In this document: one piece after another, positions 38,799-50,429 of the stretch | How positions within the stretch are numbered: position 1 is the stretch's first letter | Layout: every line of letters begins with the position of its first letter | NCBI GenBank assembly: GCA_958009085.1 | Contig: OY253671.1 | Location: 620,001 to 684,000, forward strand | Origin: Protoeuglena noctilucae | Lineage: Eukaryota | Direction of reading: 5' to 3' | Length of the DNA stretch: 64,000 bases | The notes under the pieces: model-generated | The model's database searches: none | What the model saw: the letters and a program-made list of their open reading frames with translations, nothing else | What the model was told of the DNA's origin: nothing | Position numbers and translations under genes: made by a program

Positions 38799-40792
38799 CT
38801 AGAAGCCGTCGTCCTCCTCCAGCGCCTCGGCAAGCTCCTCCTCCGTCATAAGCGCGTGCTCCTCGGTCCCGTTGGCGCCCTTGCCCTTGGGCTCGAACCG
38901 CATGGCGCGCATCGCGTCGTTGTTCAGATCCAAGCAGAAGGAGATGCGCGCGTGGAAGGCGTGCTGCGACAGATAGCACAGGAGGGAGCATTATTGACTC
39001 CCACGTCCACCGACCTGAGCTGCTCGCCTGTCACCGCCTAAGCGCCACCGCCGCGACGCGTTACAGCCAGTCCACCACCTGCCCCTGCCTGGCCCGCCCA
39101 CCTGAGGCTCGTAGGTGGAGTAGATGTCCAGGACCTCGTTGCTGACGAGGCACCCGGCGTCGTGGTCGATGCTCACGTCCACGGACCCGTCCCGGATGGC
39201 TTTGGCGACCATGCACTCAATGTCGCGGCGGGACCCCTCCAGGCCCAGGCGCGCAGCCACGTCAGCCAGGGAGATGCGGGAGTAGGCCAGGGAGATGCGG
39301 CGGAGGCCGGCGCGGATGACGTTGTTGCGGAGACGGTCGATGAGGTTCGACGTACCGTCGGCCGCAAAGGCCGCCCCGTGCCGCTCCGACACCTCGCGGA
39401 ACTCCTTCAGCTTCCCACGGCGCACCACCTGGGTCACCGCCACGTACGGGGCCATGGCCGTCGCCATCTGAGGCTGCGGGCAGAGGCCACAGCGGCGCAC
39501 GGTCAGCCCCACAGCCGCATTCACGCTGCATGCGCCCCTCCCACGCGCGCTACCAAGCCCGCCAGGCCCTCGCCTGCATGAGCTCCGTGCGCTCTGGGAC
39601 CTCGCCCAGCAGCAGGCGCACGAGGGTGAGCCACTTGAGGGTGGTGACGCGGAAGCCACGGGCCACCGAGGGGGCCTTGCGGAGGGCCTGCTGGAGGCAG
39701 TCGCGCGCCTCGGTGTAGTTAAGCTGGATCGCGTGGATGCGGCCCATGTAGTGCAGGTGCCGGCAGAGCTGCTGCGTGGACCGCCCCACGTCTTGCTGCT
39801 GCGCCTGGGAGCGGAAGCGCTCTGCCAGGTCGTACTCTTTGTTCTGGAGGTAGTTGCGCAGGACCAGGTTCATGAGCGTCTCCTGCCCGATCTCGTCGTG
39901 CCGCAGCGTCGCCGTCCTGCATACAGAAGCGGGGTGGTTCTATTGCTGCATGGCCGGTCGCCCTGCCACAGCACGTGGCGCCGCCGGGCCCGAAAGACGC
40001 ACCTGTGCAGTTCGAGCAGCTTCGTGCGGACGCTGCGGAGCTGGCCCAGGCGCTCGTGCACCCAGCTGTAGTAGAAGTAGAGGCGCGCAGCCAGGACGTC
40101 CATCGAGCGACGGTTGAGCTCGGCGAGCCGCGCCACGGCCGCGTCGACGACCAGCAGCGCCTCCTGGTAGCGGCCGAGGTCGCAGAGCTTCATCACCGCG
40201 ACGAGGCACACGTAAGCCTCCGCCTCAGGCAGCGCCGTGGGCAGCGCGGCGTTGGGCTTCTCGTCCAGCTTGTCCTCCGCCGGGGCGTCTCCTGCGGGTT
40301 TCTCCGCGTCCGGCAGCATCTCCACGTCCACCACGGACACGAGCCCCGGCTCGGCGGCCGAGCGCTGCGCCGGGACGGCCTTGAGAGCCTCCATCGTCGG
40401 CCCTCGCAGCGGGCAGCCCTCCGCCAGGCACTCCGCGGCCACGGCCTGGATCTCCCCTGGCAAAATTTGCTTGCGCAGCCCAGCCGTCTGCCGCAGGACC
40501 CGGCCCATCAGCGCCCGCGTCTCCTTGGACTTGACCGCCCGCGTGAGCAGAACGACGCACGACTGCGGGGCAGCGAGGGGCTCCGCGGATCCCGCCTCGC
40601 CCTGGCGACGCGGCATGAGACACTCGCGACCTTCCAATCGCATCACACGCCGCTGCTGTGACTGCGCGAGCGCACCCGCAACACATCTTTGGGAAGCGCC
40701 TTGGCCTTCTCGCCCTCGCCCTTCTCCTCCTCCTTCTTCTTCGGCGCGGCCTGCTGGCCGTTCGCCTCCTTCATCTCAACGTCCTTGCTCAT
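38799..40792 (-). CDS. RPN3: 26S proteasome non-ATPase regulatory subunit 3 (RPN3/PSMD3)
   Basis: NRRSMDVLAARLYFYYS, GRIHAIQLNY, LLLGEVPER, PCI region RLRNNVIRAGLRRISLAYSRISL, YSTYEPQ|HAFHARISFCL. Confidence 0.97.
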
Positions 40793-41462
40793 CGTCCCTG
40801 TGCGCGCGTGCGGTGCGCGGGCGCTGACGGGCTTCACAGCGCGCGGAACCACAGCCGTGACCAGAAAATGGGTCGACCCGACTCAGTTACTTACAGACAG
40901 CTTGCGAAGGACAGATCGTCACGCCCCGCGCCAGCGCGCGACGGCGGGATGCTCGCTATCGGGCGCACACGGGCAACAGTGCGTCGTTCGCTCACCTGCC
41001 CCCCCCCGGCCCGTCGAGACGACAGATCCACCCTCTCCTCCGCCTGCAGCTGATCCACTGAGCTCCCGGGGTTCGGAAAGCGCCGCACAAGTCACACAGC
41101 TGTGGTCCACCAGTCACTAGAATTCCAAAGCAGGACGATGCCGGCGCGCGCGTCGCTCAAACGCTTTTTCCAACCAGTGTGGCGACAGGAATAGGGACGT
41201 CGGGTTTCACCGCCTGTCCTCGCGACGGCAGCCGTGTGCAAGTGCCCTGGCGCAAGTTTTTCCACGATTTTCGACGAGAGGCGCCTTTACTGACCCCGAG
41301 CTGCACTGGGCGTTGAGGGGCTCCTTTAGTTGCGAACCAGAGGCACAGCTTGCCGTCCTTTACGCCACAGGCTCTCCTGCGCAGCCGTGAGCGTCACTTT
41401 GGCAGCCCCCTGCGACGCCCTGGGAAAATATATCGCGTAGCCGGGTGCAGGAGGCGGAATCG

Positions 41463-44237
41463 ATGGCCGCAAAGAGCGGCGTGCGCTTCGGCGACATCCC
41501 GGGGCTCTCGCCCGAGACGCTCGACGTGCTCGCCGCCCATGGCTTTGTGCAGGCCACGCCGGTGCAGGTGCGGCGCCTGCGATTGGCTGCCGGATGTTTG
41601 CGACAACGAGCAGCGGCTTTGGCCCAAGGATGGCGTTTTATTCGACTCGGTGACGCTGAGAGATTCGTGCCTGCAGGAGGTCACCATCCCGCTGTTCCTG
41701 AACAACAAGGACGTCGCCGTGGATGCCAGCACGGGCTCCGGCAAGACCCTCGCATTCGTCGTGCCCATGGTGGAGATGCTGCGCCGGCTGGGGGAGCCCC
41801 TGAAGCGGGCGCAGGCTGGCGCCCTAATTCTCTCCCCGACACGAGAGCTCGCCCGCCAAATATGCGACGTTGCCACTCCGTTCGTCGCCACGCTGGCCAA
41901 GTACAACTGCGCGCTTCTGGGTGAGTGCGGCGCGCGCGCCACCGACGCCCAGGCTCGCAGCGCTTGCGCCATGCATGGGGCCACCTGTACCTCGCCCCGC
42001 AGTGGGTGGCCGCGACGTTGCGGACGACCTCCAAGAGCTTCGCCAGCACGGGGCGCAAGTCATCATCGGCACACCGGGCCGCGTGAAGGACGTCTTGGAC
42101 CGCATGGCAGCGGGGTTGGACCTGAAAACCCTGGGTGCGTGGCACAGTGCAGTGTTACCATCCAGGCCCTCCCCTCGCGATCCCACCCACACGCGGCCAT
42201 TCCCGCCTCGCCCTGCCTGCGCTGCCTGCAGAGGTCCTGGTGCTCGACGAGGCGGACCGACTGCTGGACATGGGTTTTCAGCGCGACATCGACGCCATCA
42301 TGCAGTGCCTGCCCAAGCAGCGCCGCACGGGGCTCTTCTCCGCCACGCAGACCGAGGCCGTGCAGGCCCTGGCGCGGGCGGGGCTCAGGAATCCCGTCCG
42401 TGTGAACGTGGCCGTGCAGAGTCGCTCGCCTGCGGGTGCGGGTGCCCCCGACACGCAACGCACGCCCGAGCGCCTGACGGCTGGGTACGTGGTCTGCCGG
42501 GAGGACGACAAGCTGCCTGTCTTTCTGGGTTTCCTACGCAAGCACGGCTCGACGCACAAGTGCATCGCGTACGTCCTGTCCTGTGCGTCGGTCGAGTACC
42601 TGGCGTCGGTGCTGCCAGAGTTCCAGAGCGAGGCTGGCGGGGCGTCCCTCTGGACCCTGCACGGCAAGGTGACGCGCTTTAGAGACGCGCCGCTAGCTGT
42701 CGCTCCGGCAGCGGTTACGGGGTGCGTGAGGGTGGCGACGGCCCCGTGGTGCGCAGATGAAACAGCGGCAGCGAGAGGCGGCGCTGGACGAGTTCACGGC
42801 CGCCCCACACGGGTGCCTGCTGTGCACGGACGTGGCGGCGCGGGGTCTGGACGTGCCGGACGTGCACTGGGTGCTGCAGCTCGACCCTCCTCAGGACCCC
42901 AACGCCTTCGTGCATCGGGTGGGACGGACCGCCCGCATGGGGCGCGAGGGCAAGGCCGTGTCGCTGCTGCTGCCGCAAGAGGCGGCGCAGTACCCGGCCT
43001 TCTTGGCGGTTCGCAGGGTGCCCGTGCAGGAGATGTCACTCGAGTCAGGCGAGGACACCTGGCCTCTGCTGCTGGGGTGCATCGAGCATTGCTGCCAGCG
43101 TCTGTCGGTGCCTTTGAAATGCGCTTTGTGTTCGTGACTCGCAGTCGCAGACATGGACTGGGCGCGGCCGGCGGATGCTATGGACGGGGCGAGCGGTGAG
43201 ACGTCGACGTCGGCACGAGGGGCGGCAGCGGTGCTGGACGCAGCCACGCTGTCTTTGCGGAGTCGCCTCAGGTGAGTGCCGAGCGCTTACTCCTGCATGT
43301 TAACGTCTCTGACCAGGCAGATGGACAGTCGCGTCAATGGCACCGCATACCTGCAGGGGTTTGTCGGAAACGGACCGGGAAGTGATGGAGAAGGGAACGA
43401 GGGCGTTCGTCTCTTACCTGCGTGGCTACAAGGAGCACCAGTGCAAGTTCATATTCCGATTGGCGGACCTCGACCTCTCCCGGCTGGCGTACGCGTTTGG
43501 GTTGCTGCGCCTGCCGCGCATGCCCGAGGTCAAGAAGGCCCGGGGCGAGGGGTTCGTGCCTTCCGAGGTCGACCCGGACACGGTGCGCTTCCGGGACAAG
43601 GCCCGGGAGCGGCAGCGCGTGCAGGGCGCCGCGCAACGGGACGAGAGGCGGGCGCAGGAGCGCGCCAAGCGCCAGGCCAAGGCCGCGGTGGCGAGCCAGG
43701 CCTCGGCCCTCCAGAAGCTCCCGCAGGCCAAGCGGAAGAAGCTGTCGGCTATGCAGGACGAGCAGGATCTGGAGGACGACTACCGTCTGCTGACCAAGGC
43801 GAAGGTGCGCTTGCGGGGCTGCGGGTAGGGTTTATGGGTGGCTGTTGGTCATACTGGCGATTGCACTTGAAGGGCAGGGACCCGGTGGCGGTGTATTGCT
43901 GTGTGGAATGGTCTGTGTTACGCGTGACAATCGTAATGTTTTGCCTTCGCAGAGGGGCAAGATATCAGAGGCTGAGCTGGACGAGGCGATGGGCGTCAAC
44001 AGCGACAAGGAGGAGGAGGAGGTGGTGAAGGCGAAGGACGATCTCGTGACAAAGGCAAGTGGTTGTGACCTGACTATATGGTCCTTTCATTCATGGCAGT
44101 CACGCTCACTTGCAGCCGTGAGTGCAGTTGCCCCAATGGTGTCATTTGCCGCCCTTGTTACGCAGGCCATGAAGAAGCGCCTCAAGAAGAAGCGCAGGCA
44201 GGCCATGGCCAAGCGAAGCGCGACGGAGGCACCCTAA
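41463..44237 (+). CDS. DDX55: DEAD-box RNA helicase DDX55/SPB4 (plant RH18-like)
   Basis: Q motif [49 protein letters not shown], and the DDX55-type tail [14 protein letters not shown]...LLRLPRMPE. Confidence 0.95.
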
Positions 44238-44333
44238 GCAGAGCCAATCAAGAGTGCCCGCCAGGCTGACTTGAAAAAGGAAAGCCAATCGGAACAGTCA
44301 GCAGTCTCAGCCGCCCGCTCCTATCCCCGAGCC

Positions 44334-46961
44334 TCAGGCTGCCATGTGGGCCGCCAGGCTCATGTGCCCGGCCTCGTCGCTCGGCCTCGGCCGCGCCAAC
44401 TCGCCCCACCCCGCCGGCACGCTCACGCGCCAGAATTGCGTGCCGTGCTCAGGTTCCAGCTGCATGCGGTCCCTACCCAGCCCCTCTCGGAAGGTGCCCA
44501 TGCCATGGAGATCCACTGCGCGCGCGAGCTGGCCCCCACGCGTCCCCACGACGCTCGCCTCGTCCACCGTCATCCGCCCCACCCCGACCCCACGGTGCGC
44601 GCCCCCATCGCCCCGCCCCGGCCACCCCCGCACAAACGCGTCTCCCGCCTGCCCGGCGCGGGCGCCCCCGTTGAAGACTCTGCCGACGCGCCCTGCCTCG
44701 TCGGCACCCCTCCATGCGTCCTGTTCGCCTGGGCCCGTCGCAGCTGCGAACGAAGCCACCTTCGCCTCACCCAGCCCCGGGGACCCCCGGGCCGCTCCGG
44801 CCAGGTCCTGCATGCTCGCGGAGGCCGTTCCCGGCCGACTGCTCAGGGCCGCGAGGCTGGGGCCCGACAGTGACCCCGCCAGGGACACCTCGCTGGCGCT
44901 GCGGGTCCGGACGAGGATGTCGACCCCGTCCACCATAATGCGGTCTGGGACGCCGCCCGCCGCTCCCGAGCTGGCCGCCAGGGGCGTGGCTCGCAGCTCC
45001 GCGTGCAGGCCGTCCTCCCTCCTCATGTCTCCCAGCAGCTGGAGGTAGCGCAGGTACAGAGGCGATGCGCCCCATGCGTCCAAGATGCCGTCCACTGCAC
45101 GTGTCGGGAGCATGGCGGGGCGTCACGCCGATCTGTCGCTGTGGCCCTTCCGAGCGGTCAAACCAAGTACAGGACCACCGTATGTATGTTCCTCGCCTTG
45201 GTCGCTGGTGTCGCGGATCTGGTCGGCCACGGAGCGCAAGTCGAGCGAGTCGCCGTCCGTGGTGACCCACGTGTAGACGGCGTCAGGAGGTTCCGGCTCC
45301 TGCGTGCGTGCCAGGAACGGACGTGAGTCGCGCCGCGGGCTGGGCACCACGCGCACGGCACCCCGCCTAGGCCAGCCTCACCGGGCCCCGCTTGACGATC
45401 GGGGCAAAGCCCCCCGCCACACGGCTCCACCCCTTCACTGCGTCCGGGTGGGGCCAGGCCCTCCACTGCGACCCTCCCCGGACCTCCGTCACGGCGCGCT
45501 TGTCAAACGACCTCATGACCACGGCGCTGAGCGACCCAGGCTCCTTGCCGTCCATGTGGCGCGCCAGCAGGTCGTCCAGGCCCATCCGCCCCGCCGTCCT
45601 GGCCCACTCCTCCATCGCCTGGCGCCTGCGTGCCTCCCGCTGCCCGTCCCTGGCGTCTACCTCCCCATGCGCCGCCACGTAGTGCGGGGGCATCTTGTGG
45701 AACGCGCTCTGACCGATGACGCGGCAGGAGGACGAGTCCGGCCTCGGCGCCTTCTTCTCGGTCCCGCCTTGAGGATCTTTGGGTCTGTGCGACACGCCTG
45801 GCCGTGCCGCAGCGTTCGCGGCCTGCAATGCCGCAAGCGAAGCTCTTGGCGTACTTGCCGGACAGTGGTTAGCATCCTCGCGCCGCCCCAGGTGCGCCCT
45901 CACCGGCCCTGCTGCACGCGAGGGTGTGTGTGACATCGGCGCCGACGGGGCCCCTGGTGCTCCCTTGCGGCCTCGACCCGCGGCACCCCCGCCCTGCATC
46001 GCTCGGGCCTCCCTGGCTGCGGCCGCCTTCTTCCTGCTTTCGGCGCGCTCCCGCCGTCGCCTCTCCATCGTCTGAGCCGCTGTCTCGTTGGCCTGTGCCT
46101 CTGCCTCCTGAATGGCACGGATCTCTGGCCTGCAGACACAACGTGGGTGTGACAGGTCCATGCAATGCGCCTGCTCCGCATCGACCGTGTCCCCACTACG
46201 TGGGCCTCGCCTCAGCGTCTCGTCGGCAGCCAGGCCCCAGCGCCAGGGCTCCGGATCACGAGCGGGGAGCTCGGCGAGGGCGGGATCGGAAGGTCCACGC
46301 CTGGACGGCGCTCTGGATGGACCGGCTGCGAAGGACGTCGAGGATCCCGGGCGGGCCACAGGGATCACGGAAGGACCCTCGTCCCTGCGAGCAACGACAC
46401 GGGATGCCGCGGATGGTCTCTTAAACCTGCGCCGTGTGTCGCAGCAACGGCACTGAGAGAGCGACAGCTGTACTCACTCCAAGGGACGCAGGAACCGCTC
46501 CGTCAGCTCCACGATCGTCGGCTTGGCGCCCCTAGAGAGCGATGCGGTCGCCTCTGCGACCAGGTCTGTGAGCGTCCCGAGCGACGCCGGCCATCGAAAG
46601 CCCAGCACGGTGTCTAGGGCCTCCATGAAGGCGTCCATTTTCCGTTCCCCCAGTCCCAGAGACTCCACGGATGCCGCGAGGGTCTCCCGGTCAATGCGTG
46701 CGACGCCGTGACCTGCAGAGCAGCAATGTGGCATATGATGAGCAGCACATCGATTGTAGCTCACTGTCCACTATCTGCGGAGCCACCAGTCACACCTGCG
46801 CCCTGCCACCATCGCGCCCGGTTCGCCTCGGTAGCATGGTAGAGCGTGGTGCGCAGGGCCTCCACGGCCCAGAGCTCTGAGACGAGAGCGACCTTCTTCG
46901 ACAATTGAGAAGATGACTCTCCCGTCGCGTCGCTGGGAAAGGCGACGCGCCGGGACGCCAT
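44334..46961 (-). CDS. Hypothetical multi-exon protein
   Basis: About six coding-like exons with splice-site consensus at their ends and a short coiled coil. No family recognised. Confidence 0.6.
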
Positions 46962-47141
46962 TTGCGCGCGCAAACCCGTTGTCAACACGGCTGACGCTTC
47001 TTCGCCGGGCGGTAGCTGAACCCGATTTTCGCTTCCGGAAGCGAAGCAACTAGGGAGTATGGTTTTGGAAATGAGGGCGGCGATGCGGCTGCTGTGTCCG
47101 TGACATTTCTTTTTCCTCTTCTCTGACATCTGGCAATTGCC

Positions 47142-47188
47142 ACTGGGCAACTAAGGGCAACTAAGTTAGTTGCCCTTAGTTGCCCAGT
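47142..47188. repeat. Perfect 23-bp inverted repeat with 1-nt spacer; each arm carries two tandem GGGCAACTAA decamers
   Basis: actgggcaactaagggcaactaa-g-ttagttgcccttagttgcccagt, read directly from the sequence. Confidence 0.95.
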
Positions 47189-47297
47189 CTTGGAGGCCTC
47201 GTGCCCTGGATATATCCCTCATTTCATACCAGCGTGCGCGAGGGCCCGCATCGCTCCAATTAGACAGCCAAATTTGAATTATGGGCACAGCAGGGTC

Positions 47298-49870
47298 ATG
47301 ATGGACGTGGAACGGACCCGCGAGGCCATCAGGAGGGCCGTGAGGGAACTGCAGCTCCACGAAACGCTCAAGTAAGTTGCGTTGGATCCGCCACGTGCGC
47401 AACCGCGCACTCCCAGCACGTTGCAGACCCGACAAGCCCGCCCTCTGCAGGCCGTACCGGGACGAAGGGAAGGATACCATCGTCGCACGCGCGGAAGCCC
47501 TCGGCATTATTGACCGGCTGCTCAGGGAGGTCAAGGCGCGGAGAGAGGCGGAGGCAGGGGGTCCGCCCGCAGTTCCCGGCTCACCACCAGACGCCACGCA
47601 GCAGCGCAGCGATGCTATCCGAGCGCCGTCGCCGCGTCTCGACCCGCCGGAGAGGCCCAGTACCTCTGGACGGGACGCGCGCCCCGCCCCTCCCGCACCT
47701 GCGCGCGGCACACGGGCGCTGCGGGTGCGCTTCCGAAAGGGCCAGGCCTTCCTGTCGTATCTCTCGAGCCCTCCAGCCCCCGGCGAGGAGCTGGGCCTCC
47801 ACATCTTCCACGCGGCAGGGCACTCCTTCGCCGGGCTCACCACCGCCAGTTCAGGTGAGTGACTGCAGCCGGCCACAGCATGCCAAGGCCCCGCCCAAGC
47901 CGTCTTCCAGAACCCCCAATGTGTATTGGCCCTGCACTTTCCCGCAGAACCCACATTCGATTGCGCCGTGGACATTCCGCTGGGGACCACGAAAGCCACG
48001 GCAGGCGACCTCCTCGACCTCGCAAGGCCCATGCTCGTCGTGGCGGTCGCTGTGCGAGGTGCCGGAGACGGGCCCTTGGATCCGAGCGCACGTGCGGCGG
48101 GAGTCGCAGACCTGCTGGGGACGGGGGTGCTGGACTGGCGGCCGGCTCTGGCCACGCGCCCGGGGTCCACGGCGCGGGTCTCGCTCGAGCTGCACCTGCC
48201 GTACGCGGCGCCTGGGGAGGGCGTTGCCGCCCCACTTCTGGCCGGCATCGTGGATGTCGAGCTGGCGGTGTCCCCTGCCCTCGCGGCCCCCGTGGCAACC
48301 TCGCGGGTGTCCAAGGTGAAGGGGCAAGCCTGGCTCCCTCTCGACCAATGGTGCTTGTCGCCAGTGCGGCCTAACACGCGCAGTGCGCCTTGCGACCCCG
48401 CCCAAAACTCCCCTCGTCACCGCAGGCCGCCTTCAAGGAGCGGGAAGAGGCCCTGCGTGCCTCGGCCGCCCTCTTCCTCCGCGCGAGGAGCTGGTGGGCC
48501 GGCCTCTCTGCGCTGGGACCCCGCGTGGTCCCGGCCCGCGTGCCCCTGGTCGCGCCAGGGGACGACGGCATCTTCCGCCCGACGTGCGCGCTCTTGCAGG
48601 CGGTGGCGCCCTCCGCGGCCGTGCCGTCGCCCGACCACGCGCTCCGCGTGTGCAGCCTCCTGCGGGACCGCGCGCCGCCCGTGCCCGGCTTCACGGACCG
48701 GTGGGTCCGGGCCGAGGTGGTCCTCGCGGCGGGGGTCGCGTCGCCGGTGGAGAGGGCCGCCCTCCTCTGCGGCTTCCTGCTGGGGTTTGGCCTGGACGCG
48801 TTCGTGGCGGTGGGGGACGCCGTCGACGGCCCCGACTACTGGTGCTTGACGCGCGACGGGGAAGGGGGCGTCGCCGTCTGGGACGCGCGGCGCGGGGTGC
48901 GTTACCCGAGCGCCGCGACGGCGCGCCCCGGGGCCACGCCCTTCCGCTGCGTCCACGCGGTGATCGGGCCTGGGGCGCTGTACGTGAACGGGCAGGGGAG
49001 CGCCGAGTCACCGCGGGACGCTGCGGGGGTCGCCGAGGCGCTGGCGGTCCTGACGCAGCGGCCGCTGCTGCACGAGACCGGGTTTGACCTGGAGGACCCC
49101 CGCCTGTGGCGCAAGTACGCGGCGGAGGGCGCTGAGGTCGCGGCGCCTCTGGCACGCGTGTCGGGTGAGCTCCATAGAGGGCGAACGGGGACCCCTGCGC
49201 TCCCGGGCGTGGCTTGAGCTCGAACGCCGCACCTGCAGGCCTCACCGCCGCCACGCTGGACCCCCGAGTGGAGGAGGCTCGGCTGGAGGAGGCACTGCGC
49301 CAGGGGCTCGGTGAGCCGCGTGCACGTCTTGCGCACGTGCCGTGCCGTGTCCTGGCTCACGCCGCTCCCTCCGTCTCGCCGCATGCAGACTCATCGCGGG
49401 CATCACGTGGCCTCCCGGCCGTGCAATGGGACCCCAGCCTTGCGGACCTGCTCTTGCCGGTGGCGGCCGCGTGCGAGAGCGAGGCCGTCAGCTGCAGGGT
49501 GAGTGAGGCGGTCGGGGCAGGCGGCGCGAGGCCAGGCCGCTCTTCCTGGATGCGGCATCCGTTGCCCCGCACGCAGCCTCAGCCACAAAGGGCGGACGCG
49601 GAGGAGGCGATCCGGAGGGCCATGGGACAGGGCGAGACGTGCGTCTGCGAGCCCGTCTGCCTGCCGTGCATGCGAGGGGATGCCCTGGCGGCGTCTCTGT
49701 CGGGCCGCCTGGGAAGTCGGTCGGCCCGGCGCGCAGCCGTGCGCGTCCACATCACGCCATACTCGTGGTCGGTCGTCGCCGTCTGGGCCGTGCTCGGGGT
49801 GGTCTTGAAAAGCCCAGAGGACCGACAGTCGAGGAGACGACCGAGCACCGTCACAGGGAAAAGGTGTTAA
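47298..49870 (+). CDS. CEP76: Centrosomal protein of 76 kDa
   Basis: GIIDRLL, C2 domain LRVRFRKGQAFL...LDWRPAL, RARSWW...RVPLVAPGDDGIFRPTC, transglutaminase-like ERAALLCGFLLGFGLDAFV, C-terminal PYSWSVVAVWAVL. Confidence 0.9.
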
Positions 49871-50429
49871 ATGACCTGTGTTTCTTGCACACTGCGAATT
49901 TGAACTGGCCGCCGCGAGCGAGCGGACAAACACGCGCCTGCTGTCCCGAGCTGCGGCGAACTGTCGAAAATCGCTATTGCGCGGTCTGCCGCTTCGGCAC
50001 CTGGACGGGCGCCCCTCCCACACCACGTGAGGCGAGGGTGGACGAGCTAGCCGCAATTTTTGTCGCGAGAGGTGCAGCCGCGCCACATTTGCGCTCATGT
50101 AGCGCTGGGGCGCGGTAGGAGCTCCGGGCAGGGGCGGGCCGGTTTTTTCACGTCTCATCGTGGCGGGAACGCGGGGCAGCGCCGGACGATGCCCGCGGGG
50201 ACCCGCCATCTGCGCCTTTCGAACCCAATTGCTCATTCTCACGCGTTCGCAGTTTACCTAGGGCGGACGGTGGCGAAGAAATCCATCTTGACCCTACCGA
50301 ACCGAAGCGCGTGCGCCCCGCCGTGGTTCCCCGTTGTGTCGGCACAGCGGAGCTGCGGGACGATGCTTGGTGGCGCAAGAGCGTGACGCAGCCCCGCATC
50401 GCCCCCCAGCCCGCTTGGCGGGGCCCGCC

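Noticed and set aside
46730..46775. ATGATGA box-C-like motif within an intron (possible snoRNA)
   Set aside because: It is antisense to the host gene, and no convincing box D or terminal stem was seen.
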